From Paraspadella gotoi (Eukaryota; Animalia; Chaetognatha): 64,000 bases of DNA. The number at the start of each line of letters is the position of its first letter. The first letter of the stretch is position 1. The notes beneath the pieces are model-generated. The model did not search any database, was not told the DNA's origin, and saw nothing but the letters and a program-made list of their open reading frames with translations. Shown one piece after another: positions 37,826 through 51,437 of this stretch. Location of the stretch: contig CM119264.1 in assembly GCA_051294375.1 (NCBI GenBank), forward strand, positions 9,112,764-9,176,763, in the 5' to 3' direction. The translations under genes and the position numbers were made by a program.

Positions 37826-38654
37826 AATAATTATATTTTAAAAGCAGGTATATACGCGACTTGCCAAAACTATAGTTCATCCTTTCGAAATAGTTATCAC
37901 TTTTTTTTCCCTCTTCCATCGCCGGCTTGTTCCCCGATACATAAAATGCAAATTTATGCAAAAATGCGAAAAAAAAAAACGTCGCCTGTAAAAAAAAAAA
38001 AGTAGCTGGAAGTGACTTGGAGGAGGCAGTGGCCGCGACGAGAAACGAGGGATATAGACGCCCTCATTAACGACGATTCGATGCGAAGGGAAGCCAATGA
38101 AAAGGAGGAGCCTCTTGGGAGACGAGACAGAAGAGATGACGAGGATGGCGACTTGATGCGTCATGACGAGAACCTAGAAATGCCGCGTCGATTGGCACGA
38201 CGATGACGGGAAAATGCTGTGGATTGTAGTAAGTTATATGTCAATATTTACTTTACTTTTATTATATCTATTCCACTGTCCACTTATAACTGTTATTGTT
38301 CTGGCTGCAAAAAGTCTGTGATCATTAATGAATAATGATCATTAATGATTATTGCCAAATATACCTAAAAAAAATAATGAAACGTATACCGTGGATTTTT
38401 TTCTTCACAACGTTGGGGCGGATTAGTAGTATTTGAAACGAAGAAAACTATTTAAAAACTGGATGAATTAAAAAAGTTACGATGAAGTAAAGCTGACACT
38501 TTAAATGAAATACAAAAGACCCACGCTTCTAACCTGAGCTGTATGTATTGATATTTACATTTACATGTACATTAACTTATTTATAAGTACGCGAATCAAA
38601 ATACCGAATAACGTCGATCCCAAATCACAAGGTCGCCTCCGGACGGTTCCAAGA

Positions 38655-39142
38655 AAGAGGGGGCGGAGGGAGGGGGCAGGGGGGGGCCGAGAATTTATGA
38701 TCGATTTGAGGGTAGGATTTGAGGGATTTGAGGGCAAGGCATTTTGCAGGGATGGTTTTGAGGGAGGGGGCAGGGGGGGCCGAGATTTAGATTCGATTTG
38801 AGGGAGGATTTGAGGGATATTGAGGAGGATTGTGAGGAGGATTTAGAGGGGGGGGCGGCAGACTTACTCTGTGTTGCATGGGAGATTTGAGAGAGAGATT
38901 TGAGGGATTTGAGGAGGGATTTGAGGGAGGATTTGAGAGGGGGCAGGGGGGCCGAGATTTAGATTCGATTTGAGGGAGGATTTGAGGGATTTGAGGAGGA
39001 TTTGAGGGAGGATTTGAGGGAGGGGGCAGGGGGGGGGCCGAGATTTAGATTCGATTTGAGGGAGGATTTGAGGGATTTGAGGGAGGGATTTGAGGGAGGA
39101 TTTGAGGGAGGGGGGCGGGGGGGCCGAGATTTAGATTCGATT
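38655..39142 (+). repeat. G-rich satellite (gatttgagggag) with a higher-order unit gggggccgagatttagattcgatttgaggg
   Basis: Repeated gatttgaggg(ag) monomers punctuated by ggcaggggggggccgagatttagattc; a shorter version lies at ~47560-47715. Confidence 0.85.
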
Positions 39143-39171
39143 TGGTCCGAAATCCGACGACGATGACGACG

Positions 39172-39204
<33 letters not shown>

Positions 39205-39911
39205 CGTTTTCCACGCGGAATTGAAACAAGCTGCTACAGAGACGACCTCTTGAACTCGTGAGAGAGGAATCGTCGGAAAGAGAAAGGTGGGAATGTGCAA
39301 GGTGGTGGCGATGGTGGCGATAGTGGCGATGGTGTGTCGGTGGTGATGGTGAAAAGGAAAGGGAGGTGGGTGATCTGTCGTAAGGAAATAAAAAAAGAGA
39401 GAGGGTCAAAGAGAAAAATAACCATTCACCGAATAGGAGAGGTTTTAGTCTAAAGAGAAGTAAGAGAAGAAAGAAAAAAAAATATAGGAAAGCGGGAGAT
39501 ATAAGATGGAAAAGGAAAAGGTAAAGAGAGAAAAGGGAAAGGAAAAGAAACGTCCTGTAAAAACTGAAAATTTGGAAAAAGGGAGAGAAAAAGGGAAAAA
39601 AAATTATTGCAGGAGAGACCACGGAAAACGAGAGATGTACTAATACAAAAGAAATGGAAAATGAAAGGTTGATTTTTAGATAATGTATTAATGGAGAAAA
39701 AAACAAAAACAAACAAAAGAAATATGAAAAGAAAAAAGAAGTCAAAAGTATTTTAATACATAGTAAGAAAACGGTATTAAAGAGGAAAGCGAAATGGGGA
39801 ATTAAAACGTATATTCTTAAAAAAAACGGAAATATTTCTAGAAGAGTAGATTGGGAAAAAGTAGCCAAGGGCGGCGGTCGGAGAAAGAGATTAGTTTAGG
39901 AGCAGAGGGAC

Positions 39912-39990
<79 letters not shown>

Positions 39991-40065
39991 AGAGAAAGAA
40001 TGGTGAACTGGTAACCTCGACAAACGCCTCAGAACGAGGGAAAAACCGAGGGCGGAAAAAAATGA

Positions 40066-40146
<81 letters not shown>

Positions 40147-40310
40147 GAGAGAGAAAGAAAGACCTTCATTCCCCGGGTCGAAAATAGGGCGAAGGAAAAC
40201 CGCGTTTCCTCCGTCGCGCCAACATAAAACCAAAACGCGAAACAAACTCTTGCCGTAGTGTTTCGAGTAAAAAAAATCGCCTGGAAACAGAGAAAAAAAA
40301 AGGAGAATGA

Positions 40311-40411
<101 letters not shown>

Positions 40412-41300
40412 TAAAAATGAATGAGGCGAAACTCTGGGAAAAGCCTGTAAATCACGACGAACTACTCACGTGTTCTCTTCCTCTTCCCGTTTTCCCGCTT
40501 CGCTACTAAACACTTATTTTACTTTCATAGCGACGATATTTTTCTCGTGAATCATTTCGCTTTTACCGCAAAAAAATGTCTTTTCTTTAGAAACTGTTCA
40601 GTTGAGTCATTTAATAATTGTTTCTCTATTTTCATTTTCATTCACGAGATTGATTAGGAAGAGCCTCTCCCGGATATTTGAATTTTTTTTAAGTTTCGTT
40701 ATCCATTTATGTTTGAAAACTTTTCTAACTTTCTATCATCCGTGAGCCATTGACCTCCGTCAAGCTATCCCCACGCCCCCCGCTCCTCGCCTCCAGTCTC
40801 TGTCCAGACCGACGAGGCAAATTTTTTCTCTTTTTTTTTTCTCTTCTCGTCGTCAAATGAGAAAGAATGGCTTCTCTGGGACCAGAGCAACTCTTATGCA
40901 GCATCCGGTTTTGATTGAAAAAAGCGAACGAAAAATAAGGCTTCGAGTGATAAGCCCCTTATAGGATTGCCTTCGCTTTAATTGTCGAAGATGGCTAAAG
41001 GTGGGAAAAAATAACTGAGTGGAAATGGGGAAATGGTTTTTAGAAATATACATTGATAAAGGTTTAATGTTTTGCCAATACAACGATTTTTATCGTTAAT
41101 TGTACATGTTTCGACTCTCTTAGTTCGAGTCTTCATCAGCTTTGAAAAAATATTAGCAAAATTGCTCTTCACATTGAGTTAGAGAGAGAGAGAGATTGAG
41201 GGAGAGTTTCCAACAAAGGGCTGAGTAAAGGACAGTGTCTAGATGAGAGGACAGGTGAAGGTAAGGACAGAGAAGAAGTTAATTTTTAATGGTGAAAACT

Positions 41301-41342
<42 letters not shown>

Positions 41343-41755
41343 AATAATTACATTTGACTTCACTTAGCAACGAAAAGAGAGAAAAAAAATACAATGTCTA
41401 GAAATATACAATAATTTCGTTGAACTTTAAAGTTTAATAGACGTAAAAAACTTGATGAAATCCCTTCTAATATCCGACTTACTTTTTGGACTAAGCTAAT
41501 ATTTTTTTTCTGGCAAAAAAAAAACCAGGTATTCTCGTCGTCTTAGTTCACTAAGAAATCGTTACCTTTGAGGCGAAGTCGCGGGCGGGCGCCGGGGGCG
41601 GCGGGGGTCGGAGGGGCTGTGAAAGGTCAAGAGTCGAATGAGTGGGAAGATACTTGAAGGAAAAAAAACAACTTATTCGTGGGGAGGAGGCAGCGTCGAT
41701 ATACCGCATAGAATCACCATTTGCCACATCAGGAATGCGACACCTAAATGATATA

Positions 41756-41971
41756 TTATGGCAACGGGAGGATAGCCTGTGATACCCGGGGCGCGGGGTA
41801 TCTCACCAACTGGCGTAGGGGCTGCGGACCCTCAGTGACCGCCTCCTGTCACTGGCATGTTTATACCGGCACCGTCACATTTAAGCCAGAACCGGGATAC
41901 CCAGGGATTGAACCCGGGACGCACGGATGGAATGAGATGATTTAGCCTGCTCAGCCATTGAGACGAGGCTG
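41756..41971 (-). mobile_element. tRNA-headed SINE-like twister element, copy 3
   Basis: Minus strand: A box tggctgagcagg, B box gggttcaatccc, twister core, hairpin gataccc/gggtatc, end cgttgccata. Confidence 0.75.
41810..41889 (-). ncRNA. Twister ribozyme, type-P5 permutation (predicted cleavage between 41863 and 41862)
   Basis: P5 ctggc/gccag; P2 ATGT/ACAT; L1 GA-CG-G...T^AA; P3 cagtgac/gtcactg; P4 AGGG/CCCT with L4 TC-CG-CAGC; T1 CG:CG. Confidence 0.85.
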
Positions 41972-42567
41972 AGGACGGACAGCAGTGAGGCAGCTTTAAG
42001 TCTTGCTGCCACAATATAAGTATATAAGTAAAGATATTCCCTTATGCTTTTTTAAGGATTTTTATGTGTCCTTTGTTATTGATTGTGAAAAAACTGCCGT
42101 TAAATTATACGTATCTTTCCCAGAAAGAAATTATTAAGTTGTGAGAAATTTATTACGAGGAGAAAATAAATCTTTTAAGGGTCAAAGACAGAAATATAAA
42201 ATGAATGAAGACGAACAGAAATTCAACTATTGAATATATCTGTAACGGAAAGCCGATGCTAGAAATAAAATTGAAGAGCAAAAGAACCTTGGTTTCATTT
42301 TCGTCAAGAGACTTGGCGCACCTGATGTCAGATGCGGCAGGTGCTGAGAGCTATTTCTTTTCGGAAATAGTGAATTCTTATCTTAAGGGGCGAGTGAGTT
42401 GAAGCTGAATATTCACAGGTTCGATAGGGTTGATGTGGCCAGGAGTCAAGAGGGAATTGTGGGCGAATGGGTTCGAAATCAGGTTTCCCTCGGGGGTGTG
42501 GATTCTCAGTTCAACATGATTTTAATTTTGTCTCCCCTAGAAAACGAAAAATCGGTTTTCAATAGAT

Positions 42568-42615
<48 letters not shown>

Positions 42616-42651
42616 TTCTCTTTTCTGTGACTTTCCTTTCCATCTCAATTC

Positions 42652-42728
<77 letters not shown>

Positions 42729-44064
42729 GTCTCTCTCTCTTTATCTCTCTCATGCTGTGAGCTGTTTTTCTGTATTTTGTGTCTCTCCTTCTTCATTTTT
42801 TTCTACCTACCGGTACTACTATAATTTAAAGGTAATTGATGATTTTTTCTGACCCTTTCTTTTTATTTTTTTCACTTTTTTCAATAATAATATTTCTAAC
42901 ATTCATTCGTTGTTCCTGTCTTGGCTTGCCATATAAGTTTTAAAAAAAATTACCAAATCGAAGAGCCCTGTCGTTATCAAGGGTATAAAGATAAATAAAA
43001 GATAAATTAAAAGCAAATTGAACACATATAAAATAAAATTACGTTCAATGTATATATAATTATATTTTTTGCTTAAGGAAACATTTATTTTCTACCTCAT
43101 GTTAGTAATTTAAAAATTTAAAAATTTAAAAATACTTAAAATTACTCAGACGAAAAATGAAAAAAGGCTTTTTCACCCTTTTCTCTTTTAGTTGAGAAAC
43201 TCCTCGACTTGAGTCCTTACCTCAAAATAAGACGCGTTATCAGTTCAGCTGAACTTTGACCTCGTTTTCCTTTCCTTTCTTCTCTCCCGAGTTAGCGAGA
43301 GGTTTTGCTCTCCTTTTTTATTCATTTTTATTCGAGAATTTTTTTCCTATATTTGCTTTTTTGTTATGTTTTTATATATATATATATAAATATTTTAAAT
43401 TAACGTATTTTAAATTAAACATTTAGCAGGAATGATTTCTGTGCATAAAAAATTTAGTGCAGTTATAAAAAAACCCAAAAAAACCACCAACTCATTTAGA
43501 AGAAAATTAAGCTCAGGGAATATTGATTAAACGTCTTAATATTATAATCCTAAAGGCTAAACGGAGGAACCAAATAAAAAGAAGATTAGCTTTGACGCTG
43601 ACGACGACTACTACTCTGACGACGACGACGACATTATTTTTGTCACCGAGAAAGTACGGCCGATCGCGACGTCGAGACGATGCCTTCGCAACACAGAAGC
43701 CGGCAAAAGAGAAAAATGTATGCCTGTTGCCTATGTATGCTTCCACAGTGACTACGGCGGACCCCGATGGCGACGCCGCTTAGGCTTATTAATTTTAAAA
43801 GCAAACGTCGGCTTTCTTCATTTTCCTAATCACCATTCACGATCTTTAATTTTGCATCCGCCGAAAAAAAAAAACGACCAAAAACCACAAAGAACACAAA
43901 CCAACAAAACGACCGCGAGCTATTTTCACCTGATTCTCACTCTGTGTCGCGTTATGATTAACGATAACTCTTAGTGTGAACTGATTAACCATACTTACTC
44001 TTGAGAATTCAAAAGCCGGAAAAGAATGTAAATGATGTAAATATGTTTTTTTTTGTCGGATGGA

Positions 44065-44109
<45 letters not shown>

Positions 44110-44950
44110 TCGAGTTTGGACGATGACGATTCACGATCTTCGGCGACGTCGTCTTCTTTCTCTCGGGAAATCAAAAGAAACAGCGGGGGAACGAAAATGG
44201 GGAAAGGAAGGAAAAAAGCAGAGAGTTAAAAGAAGAATATAAAAAAGAAAAGAAAAAAATATGAAAGATAAGGAAAAAATAACAATAACTAAAGTAGAAA
44301 CGAATTTGGATGGTAAAGGAATCTGGCTGGAGAGACGGAGAGACGGAGAGACGGATAGAGAGAAAGAAACGAGGCTACAATTGGATCCAATTCGTCTGTG
44401 AGAAACGAAAGCCGATTTCTTGGTCTTTCGGTTGATCGGGTAGTCTTTCTAACTATTAATAACTATTGCGAAGTAGGGCGAAAAACTGTATTTATATACT
44501 GTGTCACGAAAAGTGAGAGGCGCGAACACTTGGAATACAACCGAGGTCGAGCTATCAATTCAGATTTAACAATAAAAGACGACGACTGCTGACTTCACTG
44601 CTACTAAATCCTTTTTGACCTTTTTTAAGACAAAAGAACACTCTACTTTACGATGATTGCGATGAATGTGAACCTTGGGGATGATTTAAAGATGGAAAGA
44701 TGATGGAAGAAATAAAAAAAAGATGAGTCTGAGATGATGTAGCAAAAGGAAAGAGAGATAGAGACGATTATGACAGTAAAATTTGAAAGGAGAGAGATGA
44801 TTAGCAGAGAAAAGAGACAGAGAAAAAATGGAAAGAGGAAGTGGAAAAACAGAAGGAGGAAGCAAAAGGAGAGGAAATGGAAAGGAGGAGAAAAGCGAAC
44901 GGAAAGATTTCTCGCTGCAGAAATAAAACCGTGATTCCGGTTAACGATGG

Positions 44951-45027
<77 letters not shown>

Positions 45028-45195
45028 TAGAGAGAGAAGCTTTTATGCGATTCCGAAAACCAAGGAGACCCGAACTCAGGTCGTGTAAATGAGGGAGTAA
45101 ATTATTTTTCCACAGGTAAAAAAAAGGGAAGAAAAAACGATTAAACGAAGCAAATGGTAGTTTTAGATGCAAATGTGAGCAGTTTTGATATCTCT

Positions 45196-45250
<55 letters not shown>

Positions 45251-46227
45251 CTCTGCTCTCTCTCGTCTCTCTCTCTCTCAATATTTCACTAAAACACCGG
45301 CGATACGCTATGTAAAATATTCTTATTTTGACGTTGTTCGGTTTTCTTGTGAACAATCCAATCCGTAGCGCAGAAAACAACTGACAATTTCGAGGAAAAC
45401 AAACGTAAAATTTTTCTTTCACTGGAAACGATTTTTCGTTGAAACATCTTCGGTTTGGATTCCATCGTTTATTTTCTCCGACTCTCGCGACCTCCTCCCC
45501 TTGCTCATCCACCTCCCCCACTCCCCCTTCCCTCCCCCCTTATCCCGACACCCTAAAAAAACGATTGGGTGAGCCAAAGAAGGTCCGCCGGAGTCTTTGT
45601 TGCCGAAGCGTTGGCCATCCGAGGATTGATCGATTCGGATATATTTCGATCTCTCCGGCCAAACAGAACCCGTCCCTCTATTTATTCTGCCTTTCATTAG
45701 CTTCTCGCCGCCTTCATCCCTTCGTTCGTCTTTTTTTTCCCCTTTTTCTTTTATTGTTTGTTTGGACTTTTGTTTGTTTGTTTATCTTTTTTATTTGCTT
45801 TTCGTTTAAAGCCTTCCACGCGCTCATTTTGGCTGGGAGCGATTGGAATTGATCTTTCGTTTGTATGATTTTTGTAATTTACTCATTTGAATTTGTATCT
45901 TTACCCAAAGATCCCTTCATTAACTCGACGATTATTATAAATTTATCATTAATCCCTTTTCTCTATATAGATATAACGTTCTTTCGAGGAAAACGAAAAA
46001 TCATTAATCCTCGATCCAAATTCTCATTTATCGTTGAAGAGAAGCGCGTTAGTTTTTAAATGAGTTTTTTTAGGCGGGAGATGAAAGATTTATTGCGCAG
46101 AGTAAGAACTTAGTGAATTCGTGTTTATGACATCGGGATAAAGAAAATAAGAGATGAGGGAAGCAAATATACTCTTTTGTCATTCCTCATTTGAAATCCG
46201 AGCAAGGCTTTTGGCATTTGGCACACA

Positions 46228-48517
46228 CCTAACGCAGTACGATACGCAAGGGATGCTAAGCTCTCTCTCGGTTAAATTTGCATCACCGAATTCTGCAGCG
46301 TCGCGAGCGCTGCCCCCTTTTTTTCTTTCTCCCACCACTGGACTGCCAATAACCAAAATTAGAGACAAACGCGATCTTTGATGTTTCAAAGCGGCGCCCT
46401 CGGGCGCATATGTTTTTGCGGGTCGTTTTTTCGTTTAAAAAATTATAAAATAACTTATAAATATAAACTTTATACAGTTATAAGTTAATAAGTTTTTTTT
46501 TCGTTTTTCTAGTATTCGGTTCTCAATAGAATTGGTGTTAATTTTTTTTTTTGCATTAACTTTGCTCGTTCTTATTTTTAACGTACCGTACCGCGAACCG
46601 ACCGAAAAGTGACTTATCCGAGTACTCCGCGAGGCAACTAAAATAAATAATTATATTTTAAAAGCAGGTATATACGCGACTTAACCAAACTATAGTTCAA
46701 TCCTTTCGAAATAGTTTATCACTTTTTTTTTCCCTCTTCCCATCGCCGGCTTGTTCCCGATACTTAAAAATGCAAATTTAATGCAAAAAATGCAAAAAAA
46801 AAAAAAAAGTCGCCTGTAAAAAAAAAAAAAAGTAGCTGGAAGTGACTTGGAGGAGGCAGTGGCCGCGACGAGAAACGAGGGGATATAGGACGCCCCTCAT
46901 TAACAACGATTCGATGCGAAGGGAAGCCAATGAAAAGGAGGAAGCCTCTTGGGAGAGCGAGAGCAGTAAGAGAATGACGAGGACTGGCGACTTGATGCGT
47001 CATGTGAACGAGAACCTAGAAATGCGCGTCGTTGGCACGACGATGACGGAAAATGCTTGTGGATTGTAGTATAGTTATATGTCAATATTTACTTTACTTT
47101 TTATTTATATCTATTCGCAATGTCCACTTATAAAACTGGTTATTGTTCTGGCTGCAAATAGTCTGATGAATCATTAATGAAAATAATGATATTAAATGAA
47201 TTATTGGGGCCAAAATATAACTAAAAAAAAATAATGAAACGTCAATACCGTGGATTTTTTTCTTCAACAACGTTGGGGCGGATTAGTAGTATTTAAACGA
47301 AAGAAAACTATTTAAAAACTGGATTGAAATTAAAAGAAGTTAGCGATGAAGTAAAGCTGACACTCTCTGACTTTTTAAATGAATATAACCAAAAAAGGGG
47401 ACCCATAAACGCTTCCTAACTGAGCTGTATGTAAATTGATATTTACATTGTACATTGTACACCTTAACTTTATTTTTATAAGTAGCGAATCTAAAATCCG
47501 AATGAACGTCGAATCGACAAAATCAACAAGGTCCCTCCGGACGGTTCCAAGAAAGAGGGGGGCGGTAGGGACGGGAGGCAGGGGGGCAGAGATTTAGATT
47601 CGATTTGAAGGGAGGATTTGAGGGAGGATTTGGAGGGATATATATGAGGAGGATATTGAAGGGAGGATTTGAGGATGGGGCAGGGGGGAGGGACGAAGAT
47701 TTAGATTCGATTTGGTTCCGAAATGAACCGACGAACAGATGACGACGAATTTTTTTTTATATTTTTTTTTTTCGTTTCCAACGCAGGAATTGAAACTAAG
47801 CTGCTACATGAGACGACTCCTCTTTGAACTCGTTGAAGAGGAATCGTCGTTGAAGAGAGAAAAGGTGGGGAATCGTGGCAAGGTGGGTGGCGATGGTGGC
47901 GATAGTGCGTTATCGCGTGGTGTCGGTGGTGATGGTGATAAAGGAAAGGGAGGTGGGTAATCTGTCCGTAAGGAAATAAAAAAGAGAGAGGGTCAAGAAG
48001 AAAAATAACCATTCATCCGAAAATACGGAAGAGTTTTTAGTCTAAAGAGAAGTAAGAGAAGAAAGAAAAAAAATATAGGAAAAAAGCGGGAGAATATAAG
48101 ATGGAAAAGGAAAAAGGTAAAGAGAGAAAAGGGAAGAGAAAAAGAAACGTCCTGTTAAAAACTGAAAAATTTGGGAAAGGGAGAGAAAAGGGAAAAAAAA
48201 ATTATTGGGCGAGGAGAGACCACGCGAAAACGGAGATGTACTAATACAAAAGAATGGAAATGACAGGTTGAATTTTAGATAATGTATTAATGGAGAAAAA
48301 ACAAACGAAACAAAAAAATATGAAATAAAAAAGAAGTCAAAAAGTATTTTAATACGTAGTAAGAAAGGTATTAAATGAGGAACAAGCGAAATGGGGAATT
48401 AAAACGTATATTCTTAAAAAACGAAAAATAATTTCCTAGCAAGACGCTCAGACTTGGGAAAGTGACCTAAGGGCCGGTCGGAGAAAGAGAATTAGTTTAG
48501 GGCAGAGGGACAGAAAG

Positions 48518-48558
<41 letters not shown>

Positions 48559-48935
48559 AGAGAGAGAAGAGAGAGAGAGAGAGAAAGAGAGATGAGAGAG
48601 AGAAAGAAACATGGTGAACTGGTAACCATCGACAAACTCGCTCAAGAACGAAGGGAAAACCGAAAGGGCCGGAAAAAATGAAGAGAGAGAGAAATAGAGA
48701 GAGAGAGAGAGATGAGAGAGAGGAGAATTAAGAAAGAGCCTTCTATTTCCCCGGGTCGAAAAATTAGGGCGAGGAAAACGCGTTTCCTCGTCGCGCAACA
48801 TAAACAAAAAAACCGCGAAACAAAACTCTTTGCCGTATTTGTTGTTTGCGAGTAAACAAAAATCGCTGGAACACAGAGAAAAAAGAAAAAGGAGATGAAG
48901 ACTAGAGAGAGAGAGAGAGATGAGAAAGAGAGAGA

Positions 48936-48982
<47 letters not shown>

Positions 48983-51384
48983 AGAGAGAGAGTCAAAAAT
49001 GAAATGAGGGAACTCTGGGAAAAGCCTGTAATCAACGACGAACTAAGCTCACTGTGTTCTCTTCTCTTCCGTTTCCCGCTTCGCATACTCTAAACACTTA
49101 TTTTTACTTTTCCCATAGTCGACGATATTTTTCTGCGTGAAATCATTTCGCTTTTACCTAGAAAAAAAATGTCTTTTTTCTTTAAAAACTGTTTCAGTTG
49201 AGTCATTTCAATAATTGTTTCTATATTTTCATTTTCCATTCACGAGATTTTGATTAGGAAGAGCCTCTTGCCCGGATTATTTTGAAATTTTTTTTAAGTT
49301 TTCGTTTCCATTTATGTTTGAAAACTTTTCTAACTTTCTCATAATCCGTGAGCCATTGACCTCGTCAAGCTATCCCACGCCCCCCGCTCTCGCCTCCAGT
49401 CTCTGTCCAGACCGACGAGGCAAATTTTTTTCTCTTTTTTTTTTCTCTTCTCGTCGTCAAATGAGAAAGAATGGCTTCTCTGGGAGCCGAGCTAACTCTT
49501 ATGGCAAGCATCGGTTTTGATTGAAAAAGCGAACGAAAAATAAGGCTTCGAGTGATAAGCCCCTTATAAAGGATTGCCTTCGCTTTTAATTGTCGAAGAT
49601 GGCTAAAGGTGGGAAAAAATAACTGAGTGGAAATGGGGAAATGGTTTTTAAGAAAATATACATTGATAAAGGTTTTATGTTTTGCCAATACAACGATTTT
49701 TATTCGTTTAATTGTACATGTTTCGACTCTCTTAGTTCGAGTCTTCAATCAGCTTTGAAAAATATTAGCAAAATTGCTTTCACATTGAGTTAGATGATAG
49801 AGAAGAGTGATTGAGGGAGAAGTTTTCTCAAACAAAGGGCTGAGTAAAGGACAGTGGTCTAGATGAGAGACAGGTGAGGGTAATTTGGACAGAAGGGAAG
49901 AAAGTTAATTTTTAATCGTGAAAACCTGGAAAGATAGAGAGAGAAGAGAAAGAGAGAGAGAGAAGTAGAGAGAGAGAGAGAAATATTTACATTTGAACTT
50001 CTTACTTAGCAAATTCGAAAAGAAGAGAAAAAAAATCAATGTCTAAGAAATATACAATAATTTCGTTGAACTTAAGTTAATAGTACGTAAAAACTTGATG
50101 AAATCCCTTCTAATAATCACGAACTTACTTTTTGGACTAAGCTAATATTTTTTTTCTGGCAAAAAAAAACCGAGGTATTCTCGTCGTCTTAGTTTCACTA
50201 AGAAATCGTTTACCCTTTGAGGGAAAGTCGCGGGCGGGCGCCGGGAGGCGGCGGGGTCGGAGGGGCTGTGAAAGGTCCAAGAGTCGAATGAGTGGGAAGC
50301 ATACTTGAAGAAAAAAAACCAACTTATTCGTGGGGAAGAGGCAAGCGGTCTTATATACCCGTCTCATAGAATTCACACCATTTGCCACCCACCTCTAGGA
50401 AATGCGACACCTAAATGATATATTATGGCAACGGGGATAGCCTGTGATCCCGGGGCGCGGGGTATCTCAACCAACTGGCGTAGGGCTGCGGACCCTCCAG
50501 TGGACCGCCTCCTGTCACTGGCATGTTTATACCGGTGCACCGTTCCACATTTTATTAAGAGCCAGAAACCCGGGATCCCAGGGATTGAACCCGGGACGCA
50601 CGATGGAATGAGATGATTTAGGCCTGCTCAGCCATTGAGACGAAGGCTGAGGAAAGGAGGAGCAGTGAAGGCAGCTTTAAGTCTTGGCTGCCACAAATAT
50701 AAGTTATATAAGTAAAGATAATTCCCTTATGATTTTTTAAGGATTTTTATGTGTCCTTTGTTATTGATTGTGAAAAAACCTGCCGTTTAAATTATACGTA
50801 TCTTTTCCCAGAAAGAAATTAATTAAGCTTTGTGAGAAAATTTATTAACGAGGAGAAATACGAATCTTTTAAGGGCAAAAGAGCAGAAATATAAAATGAA
50901 TAAGACGAACAAAATTCAACATGAATATATCTGTAAACGGAAAGCCGATTTTGCTATGAAACTCAAAATTGAAAGAGCAAAAGAACTTGTTTTTCAATTT
51001 CTGTCAAGAGATCTTGGCGCACTCTGAATGTCAGAAATGCGGCAGGTGCTGAGAGCTATTTTCTTTTTCCGGAAACTAGTGAATTCCTTATCTTAAGGGG
51101 CGGTGAGTTGAATGCCTGAAATATTCACAGGTTCGATGAGGAGAGTTGAATTGTGGCCCAGGAGTCAAGAGGGAATTGTGGGCGAATGGGTTCGAAATCA
51201 GGTTTCCCTCGGGGGTTGTGGATTCTCAGTTCAACAGATTTTTAATTTTGTCTCCCTAGAAAAACGAAAAAATCGGTTTTCAAATAGATTCTCTCTCTGC
51301 TCTCTTTCTCTCTCTCTCTCTCTCTCATCCTCGTCACTCTCGTCTCTTTCTTTCTGTGGAACTTCCTTTCATCTCAATTCCATC

Positions 51385-51437
<53 letters not shown>

